Assembly: GCA_964016885.1 (NCBI GenBank) | Contig: OZ024746.1 | Location: forward strand, 85,436,001 to 85,500,000 | Reading direction: 5' to 3' | Length of the DNA: 64,000 nucleotides | DNA from: Eledone cirrhosa | Lineage: Eukaryota | Shown here: positions 39,494 through 50,221 of the stretch, in pieces | Layout: the number at the start of each line of letters is the position of its first letter | Position numbering within the stretch: position 1 is the stretch's first letter | The notes under the pieces: model-generated | Database searches by the model: none | Told to the model about the DNA's origin: nothing | Seen by the model: the letters and a program-made list of their open reading frames with translations, nothing else | Made by a program: the position numbers and the translations under genes

Positions 39494-39898
39494 TTATTAT
39501 GTGTTGTATTTGAATTTACTATTTTGGTGGGTGATTTCCAAAACTTCTGTCTTAATATGATTGTCTACAGTGAATATATTTTAGTCAGCCTTAATAGGCC
39601 TCTCATTAATAAACTTCACAATCATCATCACGTCAAGTTTTCTATGCTAGCATGGGTTGGGGTAATTTGAAGGAATTTATTTGGCTGTTTCTTATGTCAC
39701 TCAGAAATACAGTGTACCTATTTTAAACTGAATACATACAACTAATGTAAGTGCAACATTCTAGTGTATTTGTATGCTAGCAGTTATGATTAGGGGTTTA
39801 TAGGGTTAGAAATTTTTTTTAATTTTGTGCCATTGCAGGGAAGTGTTCAATATTCATTACTTGGTTTGTTGATTTTCTCCAACATTGCCACTTCTAGA

Positions 39899-39978
39899 CA
39901 GTATAGATGATGACTAAACATTTACTGATAGTATGATTAATTATATATTTTGCTACATTACCACCGTCTGATGTACTG
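39899..39978 (+). ncRNA. C/D box snoRNA candidate B (paralog of A)
   Basis: Stem CAGTATA/TGTACTG, box C at 39907, D' at 39925, D at 39968; same D-guide TTTTGCTACATWACCACCGT. Confidence 0.78.
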
Positions 39979-40331
39979 CTATGGCAACTGTGGAAATTTT
40001 CATTCTCCTGAATAACAATTGTGATATGATAGATTGTAATGCCAGGGGTATCTCGGGGTTTATATTGCTGGAAGTAAAAACATGTTAGTAATTTAATAGA
40101 CATGGAATTAATAATAGTAGGACAATGGTTTATTTCATAATTGTGTGGCTAAACAGGTTTTTTCTTTACTGTAGTTGAATGAAGATTTTCTTGACAAGTG
40201 AATGTTGTGTAGTGCAGTTGTTCACTATTTCAAAGATTAGTTGAAGAATTGTAATCACTCTTAATGTTTTCATTGCAATGAATGGATCTGAAGTTCTTGT
40301 GCTATTATCTCTTCCTTTCTCTCTTTGCAGA

Positions 40332-40503
40332 ATGCGTTACGTGGCCGCTTATCTCCTCGCTACCCTTGGGGGTGTAAAGCAACCAGCTGAAGCTGATTTG
40401 GAGAAGATTTTAGGCAGCGTTGGCATTGAGGCCGAGTCCAGTAAAATGAAGAAAGTCATCTCACAGTTAAAGGACAAAGACCCAGCTACTCTCATCAAAG
40501 AAG
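40332..40503 (+). CDS. RPLP2: 60S acidic ribosomal protein P2, coding exon 1 (CDS join 40332-40503, 40840-40941, 41054-41124; 114 aa)
   Basis: MRYVAAYLLATLGG...LEKILGSVGIEAE; acceptor TTGCAG|A-ATG and donor AG|GTAATT. Confidence 0.97.
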
Positions 40504-40839
40504 GTAATTTCTGCATTGCCAGAAATTTACATTTAGCTTTCATGTGTTAAATGTGTATGTCTTCATTCCATGCTCTTCATTAAGTCAGTTGGGTGAATTA
40601 TTGCTGATAAGAATGTTTATTGAAATACGATACTGGGAACTGAAAATGACTTTACTCTCATTTTCCAATTTAATAATTTGTCTCTGCTATGATCCCCCAA
40701 ATGCAATGTATTGTAGAGCTCTTCTGTTAAACGATAGCAATGCCACATCTGAGTTGTTTCTCCTTTTTAAAATGTACCTGTCCTTCTTTCCTCTTAGTGG
40801 TCTGATAATGATTTTGATTTTTTTTTTTTTTTTCCATAG

Positions 40840-40941
40840 GTCAACTTAAGCTTGCATCTGTACCAAGTGGAGGTGGTGCTGCTGTTGCAGCTGCCCCTGC
40901 TGCTGGAAGTGCTGCTGCTCCTGCTGTAGAGAAAGTTGAAG
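40840..40941 (+). CDS. RPLP2: RPLP2 coding exon 2
   Basis: GQLKLASVPSGGGAAVAAAPAAGSAAAPAVEKVE; GT-AG boundaries keep phase 1. Confidence 0.96.
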
Positions 40942-41053
40942 GTAAAAAATGGAATATTTCTTTTCTTTTTTATGAAATCCATTTTTCTAGTGTCTTTCTA
41001 ATGTGCATATATTTATTTATATGTTATATATATATATTAATTTTGTATTACAG

Positions 41054-41124
41054 AAAAGAAAGAAGAGAAGAAAGAAGAATCTGAAGAATCAGATGATGAC
41101 ATGGGCTTTGGTCTCTTTGATTAA
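41054..41124 (+). CDS. RPLP2: RPLP2 coding exon 3
   Basis: Ends in the P-protein signature EESEESDDDMGFGLFD*. Confidence 0.98.
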
Positions 41125-41156
41125 AGATCATCTACCTTATCATTATTTTCTCCTTC

Positions 41157-41162
41157 ATTAAA
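41157..41162 (+). terminator. RPLP2 polyadenylation signal (ATTAAA)
   Basis: 32 nt after the stop codon, followed by a GT-rich tract; alternative AATAAA at ~41261. Confidence 0.6.
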
Positions 41163-44148
41163 AAATATTATTGTATACTTCTTGTTTTGTTTTGTTTCAA
41201 TCTGTTTAGTCTTAAATAATTAGCTCAAGCTCATTTTACAACATTGAAGTGTGCATTGGAAATAAATTTCTATGTGGCATTTCTGTGTTGTAGGCAAAGA
41301 AAGAATATGATTTTGTATGCACTTTTGAAAGGAGTGTTTATATAGCTGTTGGGGTGCACAAGATTACATGCTGTTCTGTTGCGTGATTTGGGGTTTCCGG
41401 GTGCTGATTGTCTACACAGACGACAATGTTGTTGAAAATGTGGTGTGTTTCCAATAATCTTGGATGTAATAGATAAATGTTGGCATGAAAGATTGTTAAT
41501 ATCATTATCGTGGTGATTAAAACATCCAGCACTGCTTGCGGCATTCATATTTAAATTCCGCCAAAGTCAACCCTCCTATTTTGTGTGGGGTAAAGATAAA
41601 ATAAAGTACCAGTGAATTACTGGATTCTATTTGACCCTGCAAAATTGCCTGCTTTGTGTCTGGCAACTTTCAAAGTAGGTTTTTGGGAATAGGTCTGTCT
41701 ACTACAGAACTTGCCACTAATATTTTAAGAGGCTTCATTGTGTTTTGGAAGCTCGAGAGGACATCCTGTTAAACGTTCATGTACTTTTTAGATTTTATTT
41801 GAAACATGTCTTCATATATAAGTGAGTTTATTTAGAAAGGGGTGCTGCCTCTTTCAAATACTGGTTCCCAGGTCCGTGGATGTTGAATATATCAACAAAA
41901 GAGAAAATCCTTCATTTCAAATGTGATTTGAGTTTTCATGGTAAGATGCCAGGTAGACATGAATTGCTTAAATGTACAATGTCATAAGAACATGGGTGTA
42001 CGCTATGCTATTTTTAATTCGGATTGTAGAAATTTTATATGCAGTTGTTTTAGTGACTTCCCTTAACTAAAATGTATTGCGCTGCGTAGTATTATCGGGG
42101 GTGGGAGGCATCTTTCTGGTTTCTGAGGGATGCGGTTTACTACTGTTTATGTTTAGTCTCAAGACGCACCTAGACTTGTCTGGCTCTTTTCAAAATTACT
42201 GGGTTGTCTCCCCTTGGAAAGTCGATCTCGAATTTTTTACCCGAGAAACTATATAAGATGATTACGAGGGAATTTAATTCAGGGCACTTCGTCATTGGGT
42301 TCTTTTGGATACCAAGTCCTTTTGTTTTAAAAAAGAAAAAATTAATTTACAATCGAGAAATATTAAAAATTATGAATATGGTAAGACGTAGCTTACGACA
42401 GGCTGAATTCGCCGATCGATTTCGATTCATGGTTGAAAGAAAACATCTTTTTTGTATTACAGCATTAAAATCCTTAAGGAGCGAATGCAGCTCAACGGCA
42501 GTATTCGGTTGTTTCCGTATCATCAATTGCGCTCTCCATCTTTCTCTGCTAAATGAATATTTTATTTGTTACCAAAGAAAAAAAACGTTTAACAAAATGT
42601 CGTTTTCGCATTAGATTACCACCGTATATGTATTTATTGTGTGTTTGTAAGTGGATGAACGAACCACGTGCCTGTTTACTTTTTTTAGTCTCCATATCTG
42701 AGGTTGGTGTCATCCTTAGCAATTTTCTTTGTTCTTTTGTAAAGTAAGTTAGTTTTAATTTTCAGAGATCTACAAACACAGTTACGGCTATATTCCGTAT
42801 ATTTATTATATTATATTTGTTTTCATATGCAGTTAACGTTATGTATAAGAATAGCTAGCATACATTTCGGTAGGCATGGCTTTAACGTGTGGTTATGAAT
42901 ATGTATTTTAGGATTTTTATACCAAAATAGAAACTAAATACATAAGTATCACTTGGGTATCTGTTTTGGAAGAATTCTAAAATAGATAAGGTTAATTTAT
43001 ATTTAAGAAGTAGACGACGATATTTGACTGTGTCTTTGAAACGTGATGTTAAGTCTTAATCGATGAAAGCGAGTATTTTCATCATTAATACACGCACTAA
43101 CCACAAATACATAACAGTTGTCTAGCCGTATGTTTTAACCTCGGAATTTCTGACGCGCCCACTCTTTCCATTTAATGTATCCTTTTCATATTCAAGACGG
43201 CGGGGTTTGATTTAAGTATTCTAAAAAATGTCTAGCAAAACCTAATTTTGTTTGTTTTATCAAAGTAAACGAAACGAAACTCGTTCGCCTATGTCGGTTT
43301 TTTTTTTTTTTGTTTCTCTCTCTCTAAACATTACATTACGATTCGGACTTGATAGTGTGTTTTTTTCTTGCCGCTTATTTTACACATTTCATTTTTTTTT
43401 TTTCTCAGAGAAGAGTTACAGTTATTTAAAATTTAAAATTACCACCAGACCTTTAATTAGCAAAATTGAACGCCGGAGAAAATATCTTCGGTATTTAAGG
43501 CTTTTTACTTTCTAATCCTACCAGTACCAATTTTGCCTGTCATCTGTACGAGGTCGTTAATATAAATACTGTGGGTGATTTAGTGTTATAAATTATCCTG
43601 GATGTGAATGGGATTATAGACTATACAGACAAGGCATGACTAGTATAATTAAGGAGTTCGCTTTACGGCACATTGAAAACGTATCATAACATGCATTTTA
43701 CTGATTGAAATTTGGTAAACGGAAACTGCATATGACCGTCGTAAAATGTGCCTATGTTTATGCCCCGTAACCTAGCGGTTAATGGTGTTTTTTAGAGTGT
43801 TAGTGGTATGATGGGTCCTCCGTCGGTTTCAACGGTGAGCTTTCAGTTGGTTGATCAACTGAACATCTAGCTTGTTAGTTAACACTGGTTGAGTATTCGA
43901 TAAACATGAGTATCCTTCATCAAGCGTAACAAACCCGGCCCTTTGTATTACAGGTTCAATCCATCTGATGGACTTTCACAGTTTCTGTCCACCCAATTTC
44001 ATTCACAATGTTTGGATTGACCTGAGGCTATGGTAAAGATGCTCACACAAGATGACAGGCAGTAAGATTGAACTTGGGACCAACTCATGGTTGCAAAGCA
44101 AAGTTCTTGACCACTCAGCCATTCCTGTGTTCACTACAGATAAATAAT

Positions 44149-44332
44149 TGTTTCTACTTTAGGCACAAGGCCAGCAATTACCCAGTACATTACTGGTACT
44201 TTATTTTATCGACCCCGTAAGGATGAAAGGCAAAGTCAACCTCGGCGGGATTTGAACTCAGATGGTAAAGGGACGTAACTATGCTGGAAAGCATGGCGTC
44301 CGACCCTCTACCGATACTGCCAATCCACCGCC
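44149..44332 (-). mobile_element. Young full-length SINE with 15-bp TSD
   Basis: CTACAGATAAATAAT at 44134-44148 and 44333-44347; nearly identical to the copy at 13852. Confidence 0.9.
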
Positions 44333-44587
44333 CTACAGATAAATAATATTAAGGTGACAGCATTGTACTTCTGCTAGTGAGTTACTTTACTTGCTGTTGG
44401 AAACCACAGTTGAGCTCTTCGGTGCCATGTTGATACAGATCAATAGTCAATTACATTGATCTCAATAGTTCATTGCTACTTTATTTTGATCAACCTCAGA
44501 AGAATTAAAACCAAAGTTGATTTTGGCAGGATTTGAATTCGGAATGTAAATTTCCAGAACAATTACTGCAAGACATTTTATCTAATC

Positions 44588-44715
44588 CAGAGTTTCCCAA
44601 GCTTTTTCAAACGCGGAACCCTTTTTGGTTCGGAAATATTTGGAGGAACCCCAAAGTCTAATACTGTTATGACGTCATGATATAAATATACTCCTTTTTT
44701 TTGTGGGAACCACTG
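44588..44715. mobile_element. hAT-type MITE with 8-bp TSD
   Basis: TIRs CAGAGTTTCCCA / TGGGAACCACTG; TSD ATCTAATC at 44580-44587 and 44716-44723. Confidence 0.85.
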
Positions 44716-46195
44716 ATCTAATCTAATGATTTTACTAATCCACCACTCTTAGCTTGATTCTGTATAATTAACTCTTAACATTCTGTACCACATTAGCAAG
44801 ATATCCTTGAATATGACAAAACAGCACTATGACTGCATCATATGTGATTAAAGTTTACTGCAAATATTCACAACAATCTTTCCATTAGTAAAGATTCTAC
44901 AAACATTTGAATTAACAAATCTTTCAAAAAGGCAAAGTGGTTGCTTAACACTATGCTACCAGTTTTTTTCTCAAAAGAGGATGTGTGGTTTATATTTAAA
45001 GGAGAGAGATGGGAAGAAAATGTAAAAAAAAAAAAAATAATAATTAATCCAAAGTTGTTATATCCCATTGAAACTAGACGTAATGTCATACAAATACCAC
45101 ACAAACAGATAAACATGCACATACACTGTACAGATAGCTGCATACTTACACACCATAGGCAAATATAGACACCAGATCCACACCACAAAGGCATACATGA
45201 CGATAAATATATGTCTTAATAGATTCAAATACACACATATATAGACTGTTTTCACATTCTTTGCACATGGCATTTTTGTTATATATGTAACACTAACTCA
45301 AATATTATAAGGATACTGTTTGCTTTTATCAAATCCCACCAAGGTTAACTTCGCCTTTTATCTTACGCCGTTAAAATAAAGCACTAGTAATTGCTGGCCT
45401 TGTGCCAAAAGTATAAACAATTATTAGCAAACATGTTCACTGAGTTGCCAAAATTGTAATTAGGGATTCCATGTAAAAAGTTCCAAAATTCTGTACAATA
45501 ATATGCAGATCTAGAAATATGGTAAAATCCAAAGTCCGAGGCAACTGGTGATCAGCATTGTCAAAAGCGAGTTAATATAAAGTTTAGAGGATTGGAAAGT
45601 TTAAAGAAATGTGAGGTAAACAAAGGAGAGTGGTCAAAACGTTGAACAGGAAGGAATCTACAGATCCCTCAAACAATTACAAAAATAGTTATAGTTAAGA
45701 TGACAGGTTAAAGTGTAGTTGGGAGAAGCAATGAGGCAAGAATGTAGTTAAGTTTAAAACAAAAAACAATCATTACAGATTAAAGTATTATGTAAAATAA
45801 CAAAAAGTTTGGATGAGGTAGAATATATGCAAATATAATTACATACACAGATATATACACTCATGTATGTCTTCACTCTCACCACAGCAAATAAACTTTA
45901 CCAATTTTCTGAAAATACTATTCTTTTTCTCTTTTTCTTATTCTTGGGAGTCTGTCCTGTCAGAAGGAACTATCTCCTATTGATCTGGCTGGATCCCCAA
46001 GTGAGACCAATGGGCTCATGGATGTTATCTAACCATCTTGCTCGGGGTCTCCTGACAGTTGGTTTTACTCATAAAATCTGACCAACAATTCTTTCTTGAG
46101 ACATTCTAACCACTTTCTTTCTCAATATTATTTTCTAATATTTTAAAAATAACATTGAGAAAGAAAATCTCACGCAGCAAATATTAAAGAGCAAT

Positions 46196-46819
46196 TGAAT
46201 TGCCAGTAGTGCTGGATACAGTCATCAGATTATGTGGCTTGATTAACTGAATTGCCAGTAGTGCTGGATACAGTCATCAGATTATGTGGCTTGATTAACT
46301 GAATTGCCAGTAGTGCTGGATACAGTCATCAGATTATGTGGCTTGACCAACTGAATTGCCAGTAGTGCTGGATACAGTCATCAGATTATGTGGCTTGATT
46401 AACTGAATTGCCAGTAGTGCTGGATACAGTCATCAGATTATGTGGCTTGATTAACTGAATTGCCAGTAGTGCTGGATACAGTCATCAGATTATGTGGCTT
46501 GATTAACTGAATTGCCAGTAGTGCTGGATACAGTCATCAGATTATGTGGCTTGACCAACTGAATTGCCAGTAGTGCTGGATACAGTCATCAGATTATGTG
46601 GCTTGACCAACTGAATTGCCAGTAGTGCTGGATACAGTCATCAGATTATGTGGCTTGACCAACTGAATTGCCAGTAGTGCTGGATACAGTCATCAGATTA
46701 TGTGGCTTGATTAACTGAATTGCCAGTAGTGCTGGATACAGTCATCAGATTATGTGGCTTGATTAACTGAATTGCCAGTAGTGCTGGATACAGTCATCAG
46801 ATTATGTGGCTTGGTTAAC
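46196..46819. repeat. Minisatellite, 12 x 52 bp
   Basis: Unit TGAATTGCCAGTAGTGCTGGATACAGTCATCAGATTATGTGGCTTGA(TT/CC)AAC. Confidence 0.97.
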
Positions 46820-46929
46820 ATTGTAACATTACTTAGTAGATCTCTGTCCAATATCTGCTTCTCTTTAAAACAATGTAAAATTTAACAACTGGGTCTAGCT
46901 CATCACTGACTGTAAGCATTAAACAATAA

Positions 46930-47142
46930 TTAACTCTTTAGCATTTACATTATTCTATATTTACTATTATATTTTCATGGTAAAGGCTTTATCTCACATA
47001 ATATAGAATCTATGAAATTTTGTTATTTATTTTGGGAAAAATACCTTAACATCAGTATGAGCAGCCGGTTACATCCAGTTTGAACAGAAAGATGTGAGAG
47101 AATTCTGGCTAGATATGGCCTGTTTAAATGTTAAAGGGTTAT
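46930..47142. mobile_element. piggyBac-type MITE (same family as 402-582)
   Basis: TTAACTCTTTAGCATTTAC ... TAAATGTTAAAGGGTTA. Confidence 0.75.
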
Positions 47143-47243
47143 ATTCAATTATTAATTAGTAATTAAAGCATACATTACATTAAAATAAATATAATTTATT
47201 GCAACATAAACAATACTTATTAATTTATTTCAGGTTTTTCAGA

Positions 47244-48293
47244 ATGAATCTTGAAACCAGGCGTGACATTTTACGTTGTTATTATGCATCTAGGAATTCT
47301 CCTGTTGCTGCACTTCGTTTATACAAAAAAGAAAAGGGCTTACAGCATGACCCCTGTGATCCAACAACTGTTACTAAATTTGTTAAACGTTTTGAAGAAA
47401 CTTACACTCTTATGGATAAACCAAAGTCTGGTCGCAAGTCATTAGCTGATGAACGGAGAAACTTGATTGAAGATGCAAAATCATATCTGCAAACAACATC
47501 CATACGTGCAATCGCTGCAGCTACTGGAATTCCAAAATCATCTGTGTATCGCTTACTGAGGAATGATCCTGAATTGTATCCTTATAAAATGTCACTGGTA
47601 GAGGAGCTTAATGAGTGGGACAAACCTAAACGCCTTACCTTTGCCAATTGGCTTCAGGAGAATGTTCATTTGATTTCACGCATTCTTTGGAGTGATGAGG
47701 CACACTTTTATCTTGATGGAAGAATTATTCGCCATAACTGCAGAATCTGGAGTCGACACAAAACAGAAAATGACACAGAATTGTCTTTGAATGGTCCCAG
47801 GTTAACTCTATGGATGGGATTCACATCTGAATTTGCACTGGAACCATTCATTTTTGAAGAAAATGAATACTTTAATGCTGATAACTATCTTGCTATGTTG
47901 CAACAGCATGTGCGACCTCAACTTGTTAGAAAGGGAAAACTTTCTCAAACAATTTTCATGCAAGATGATGCACCAGCTCATTTTGCACCAGCCATCAAAG
48001 ATTTTCTTATCAACACTTTCACAGCTGAACGTGTTATTTCTCCTGGGTGTCCTAATGAATGGCCACCACGATCTCCTGACATAATACCTGTAGATTATTG
48101 GTTTTGGGGGTGTCTGAATGCTAAAGTTTTTCATAATAACCGTCCAGCAACTTTGTTTGAAATGAAATGCAAAATCATAGAAGCATGTAATAATTTTACT
48201 ATAGAAGATTTTTCTTGTGCTGTTGCTAGTCTTCCTAAACGTGTTGAGCACTTAATACAAGCTGCAGGCGGACATATTGATCATATTGTGTAG
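47244..48293 (+). CDS. Uninterrupted Tc1/mariner transposase, rosa/DD41D-like (349 aa from ATG 47244)
   Basis: HTH N-terminus (KFVKRFEETYT...PKSGR), ILWSDEAHF, FMQDDAPAH, WPPRSPDIIPVDYWFW; AATAAA at ~48385. Confidence 0.9.
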   Translation: MNLETRRDILRCYYASRNSPVAALRLYKKEKGLQHDPCDPTTVTKFVKRFEETYTLMDKPKSGRKSLADERRNLIEDAKSYLQTTSIRAIAAATGIPKSSVYRLLRNDPELYPYKMSLVEELNEWDKPKRLTFANWLQENVHLISRILWSDEAHFYLDGRIIRHNCRIWSRHKTENDTELSLNGPRLTLWMGFTSEFALEPFIFEENEYFNADNYLAMLQQHVRPQLVRKGKLSQTIFMQDDAPAHFAPAIKDFLINTFTAERVISPGCPNEWPPRSPDIIPVDYWFWGCLNAKVFHNNRPATLFEMKCKIIEACNNFTIEDFSCAVASLPKRVEHLIQAAGGHIDHIV

Positions 48294-49665
48294 CTGGATA
48301 TACCAATCATATTGTGTTTGTGTTTTTTTCATGTACATACATATATACATACATTCATCTTTGTAAACATGAGACACATGGTAAATAAAATCATCATTTA
48401 AAGTGTGTAAACAACAAAATGTATCATATATACACATTTTAATATCTTGACTCTATTAATTTGATATCATATTTTAACTTTTAAATTCACATAAAAATGT
48501 AAACACATTGCTGAAAAAGCTCTAAAATATTATATAATGGGCAGAAAAATTAGAATATCAGATGAAATGTTTTGCATTATTTATTTTAGCTTGCATTCTT
48601 TATTCAAACGCTGCCTTTCATCCTTCCTGGGTCTAAAAATACAATACCTCTAAGGCAGTGGGCTAGCAGAATTGTTAGAGTGCCTGATGGAATTCTTTCT
48701 GCTATTTATTCCAGCTCTTTACATTTTAAGTTCAAATCCCACCATGACCTAATTGGGTGTAGAGACTTAATCAGTAGCTTAGTTTAACACCACCACATGG
48801 TCCGTGAGTAAAATCCACTGTGTTTTGCAAGCATTCGGGCCAGTCTCAACTCAACAGACTTAACCTTCTGTATCTGACACGCAGGTTCTATTTTTGTCTT
48901 GAGTTTACATATCATAATGATACAGATGAACCAAAATTTTATCTTTTACATGGTCCTGTTTACAAACATCTATTTCTGACTAACTAAATTAGTTCTTTAT
49001 AATATCGTGGCAGATAATAGCTGAAAGTTGTGTGATCAATAGTTTGATTTCTATCTTTTTTTAATTTTCATAAAAATCATGGCCGGCAAATGATAGATTT
49101 ATTGACCCAAAGAGATTTTGAAGAGGAAAAGATCCGATATTTGTAACATTTACTCATGATGCCAAGCCAATCATCTTGGCACACTCTAGTGATCAGGATA
49201 GAAATTTTAATAACAAAAAATGAACCCAGAAGTGATAACAGCTTTATTTACAATCCTTTTAGCATGGATTCTGATCCCCACCACTCTAGTGGCTAAATGG
49301 TAGTAATGTTCAGCCAAATAGTAGTTAGGACAAAAGAAGGAAGGTAGAGGTAGATGCAATATAGAAGCATGGAGATGATGCAGGACAAGCATGAGAACGA
49401 AGGCATAGTCAATGTGCAGAAGATGGGCCTGTCTCCAGGGTACACAACACAAAGATGGAACTTTGATGTTGCCACATTTACATTTATTGAACATCATGTG
49501 AATGCAAAGATCTATACAAGAGCATGTAAGAATGGCAATACAGTTAAGGAACTCTACTGTGCAATAATCTTAAGGTGGAGATTTGAAATAAGAGTACCAC
49601 CATAAATTTGAGATGTAGGAGAGAAATGTCATTCTGTATCCCCACAAAAAAAAAAGGAAATTACT

Positions 49666-49898
49666 CTGTAGCCAGTAAGAGTGCCAGACACCACGATTTG
49701 TGGCCCGAGTTAAGACAATTGTTAAAAAAACAAGTTAAAATTATTTAGTCGTCCATTCTTAACGTACGTTACGCTTTAGTTACATACACACACATCTACA
49801 TGTAAATACATAAACAGATACAGACAACAGAAGGAAGGGGCTAGTGAAATGCTATAGCGATGTGTGTTGCATCCCTTTCGGGTTTACCGGCTACATAG
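49666..49898. mobile_element. MITE with TGTAGCCRGTAA termini
   Basis: TGTAGCCAGTAA ... TTACCGGCTACA; related copies at ~51540-51612 and ~54687-54868. Confidence 0.65.
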
Positions 49899-50077
49899 CC
49901 TATTCGAAGAAAAAAACACGTGTTTGCGAAGGCAATGCTCGTTCATTTCCGTACACTTTTTGAAAAAGGGGGGGATTTTATTAAAAATATAGTGGACAGA
50001 TTAATATGATTTAAACCGCCTAAATATCAGTAACTAATTCACTTAATAAAATTAATTTGTAACTTTATTTGGTATTG

Positions 50078-50221
50078 ATGAAGTCTCGTCTGAACACGAG
50101 ACTTCATAAAATCTCGTCTGAACACGAGACTTCATATACTATATATTTAAGAAACTCGCATGCGGTCGTTCTTTGGTTTCCTGTCTTGAAATTGATAACA
50201 TGTTAAAAGTGTTTCATGAAA
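50078..50221 (+). promoter_or_regulatory. Putative promoter and first exon of a non-coding snoRNA host gene
   Basis: Duplicated palindrome at 50078-50135, TATA-like TATATATTTAA at 50140, pyrimidine start TTC(+1)TTT at ~50171, donor AA|GTAAGT at 50222. Confidence 0.55.

Noticed and set aside
40278-40331. N-terminal extension of RPLP2 suggested by the ORF track
   Set aside because: This is the intron's polypyrimidine tract and acceptor; the conserved start is MRYVAAY at 40332.
40560-40750. H/ACA snoRNA in RPLP2 intron 2 (human RPLP2 hosts SNORA52)
   Set aside because: An ACA is present at ~40745, but I could not find a convincing two-hairpin fold with an H box.
42204-42614. 136-aa ORF in the CpG-rich region after RPLP2
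   Set aside because: TTG start and no recognisable motif; better explained as promoter or 5'UTR sequence.
46196-46819. Tandem hammerhead or C/D snoRNA array (CTGATGA on the minus strand), or CRISPR
   Set aside because: No GAAA or stem III, no credible box C-D layout with terminal stem, and no spacers.
50076-50122. C/D snoRNA (TGATGA...CTGA...CTGA)
   Set aside because: Too short; the boxes lie inside a duplicated palindrome upstream of the putative TATA box.
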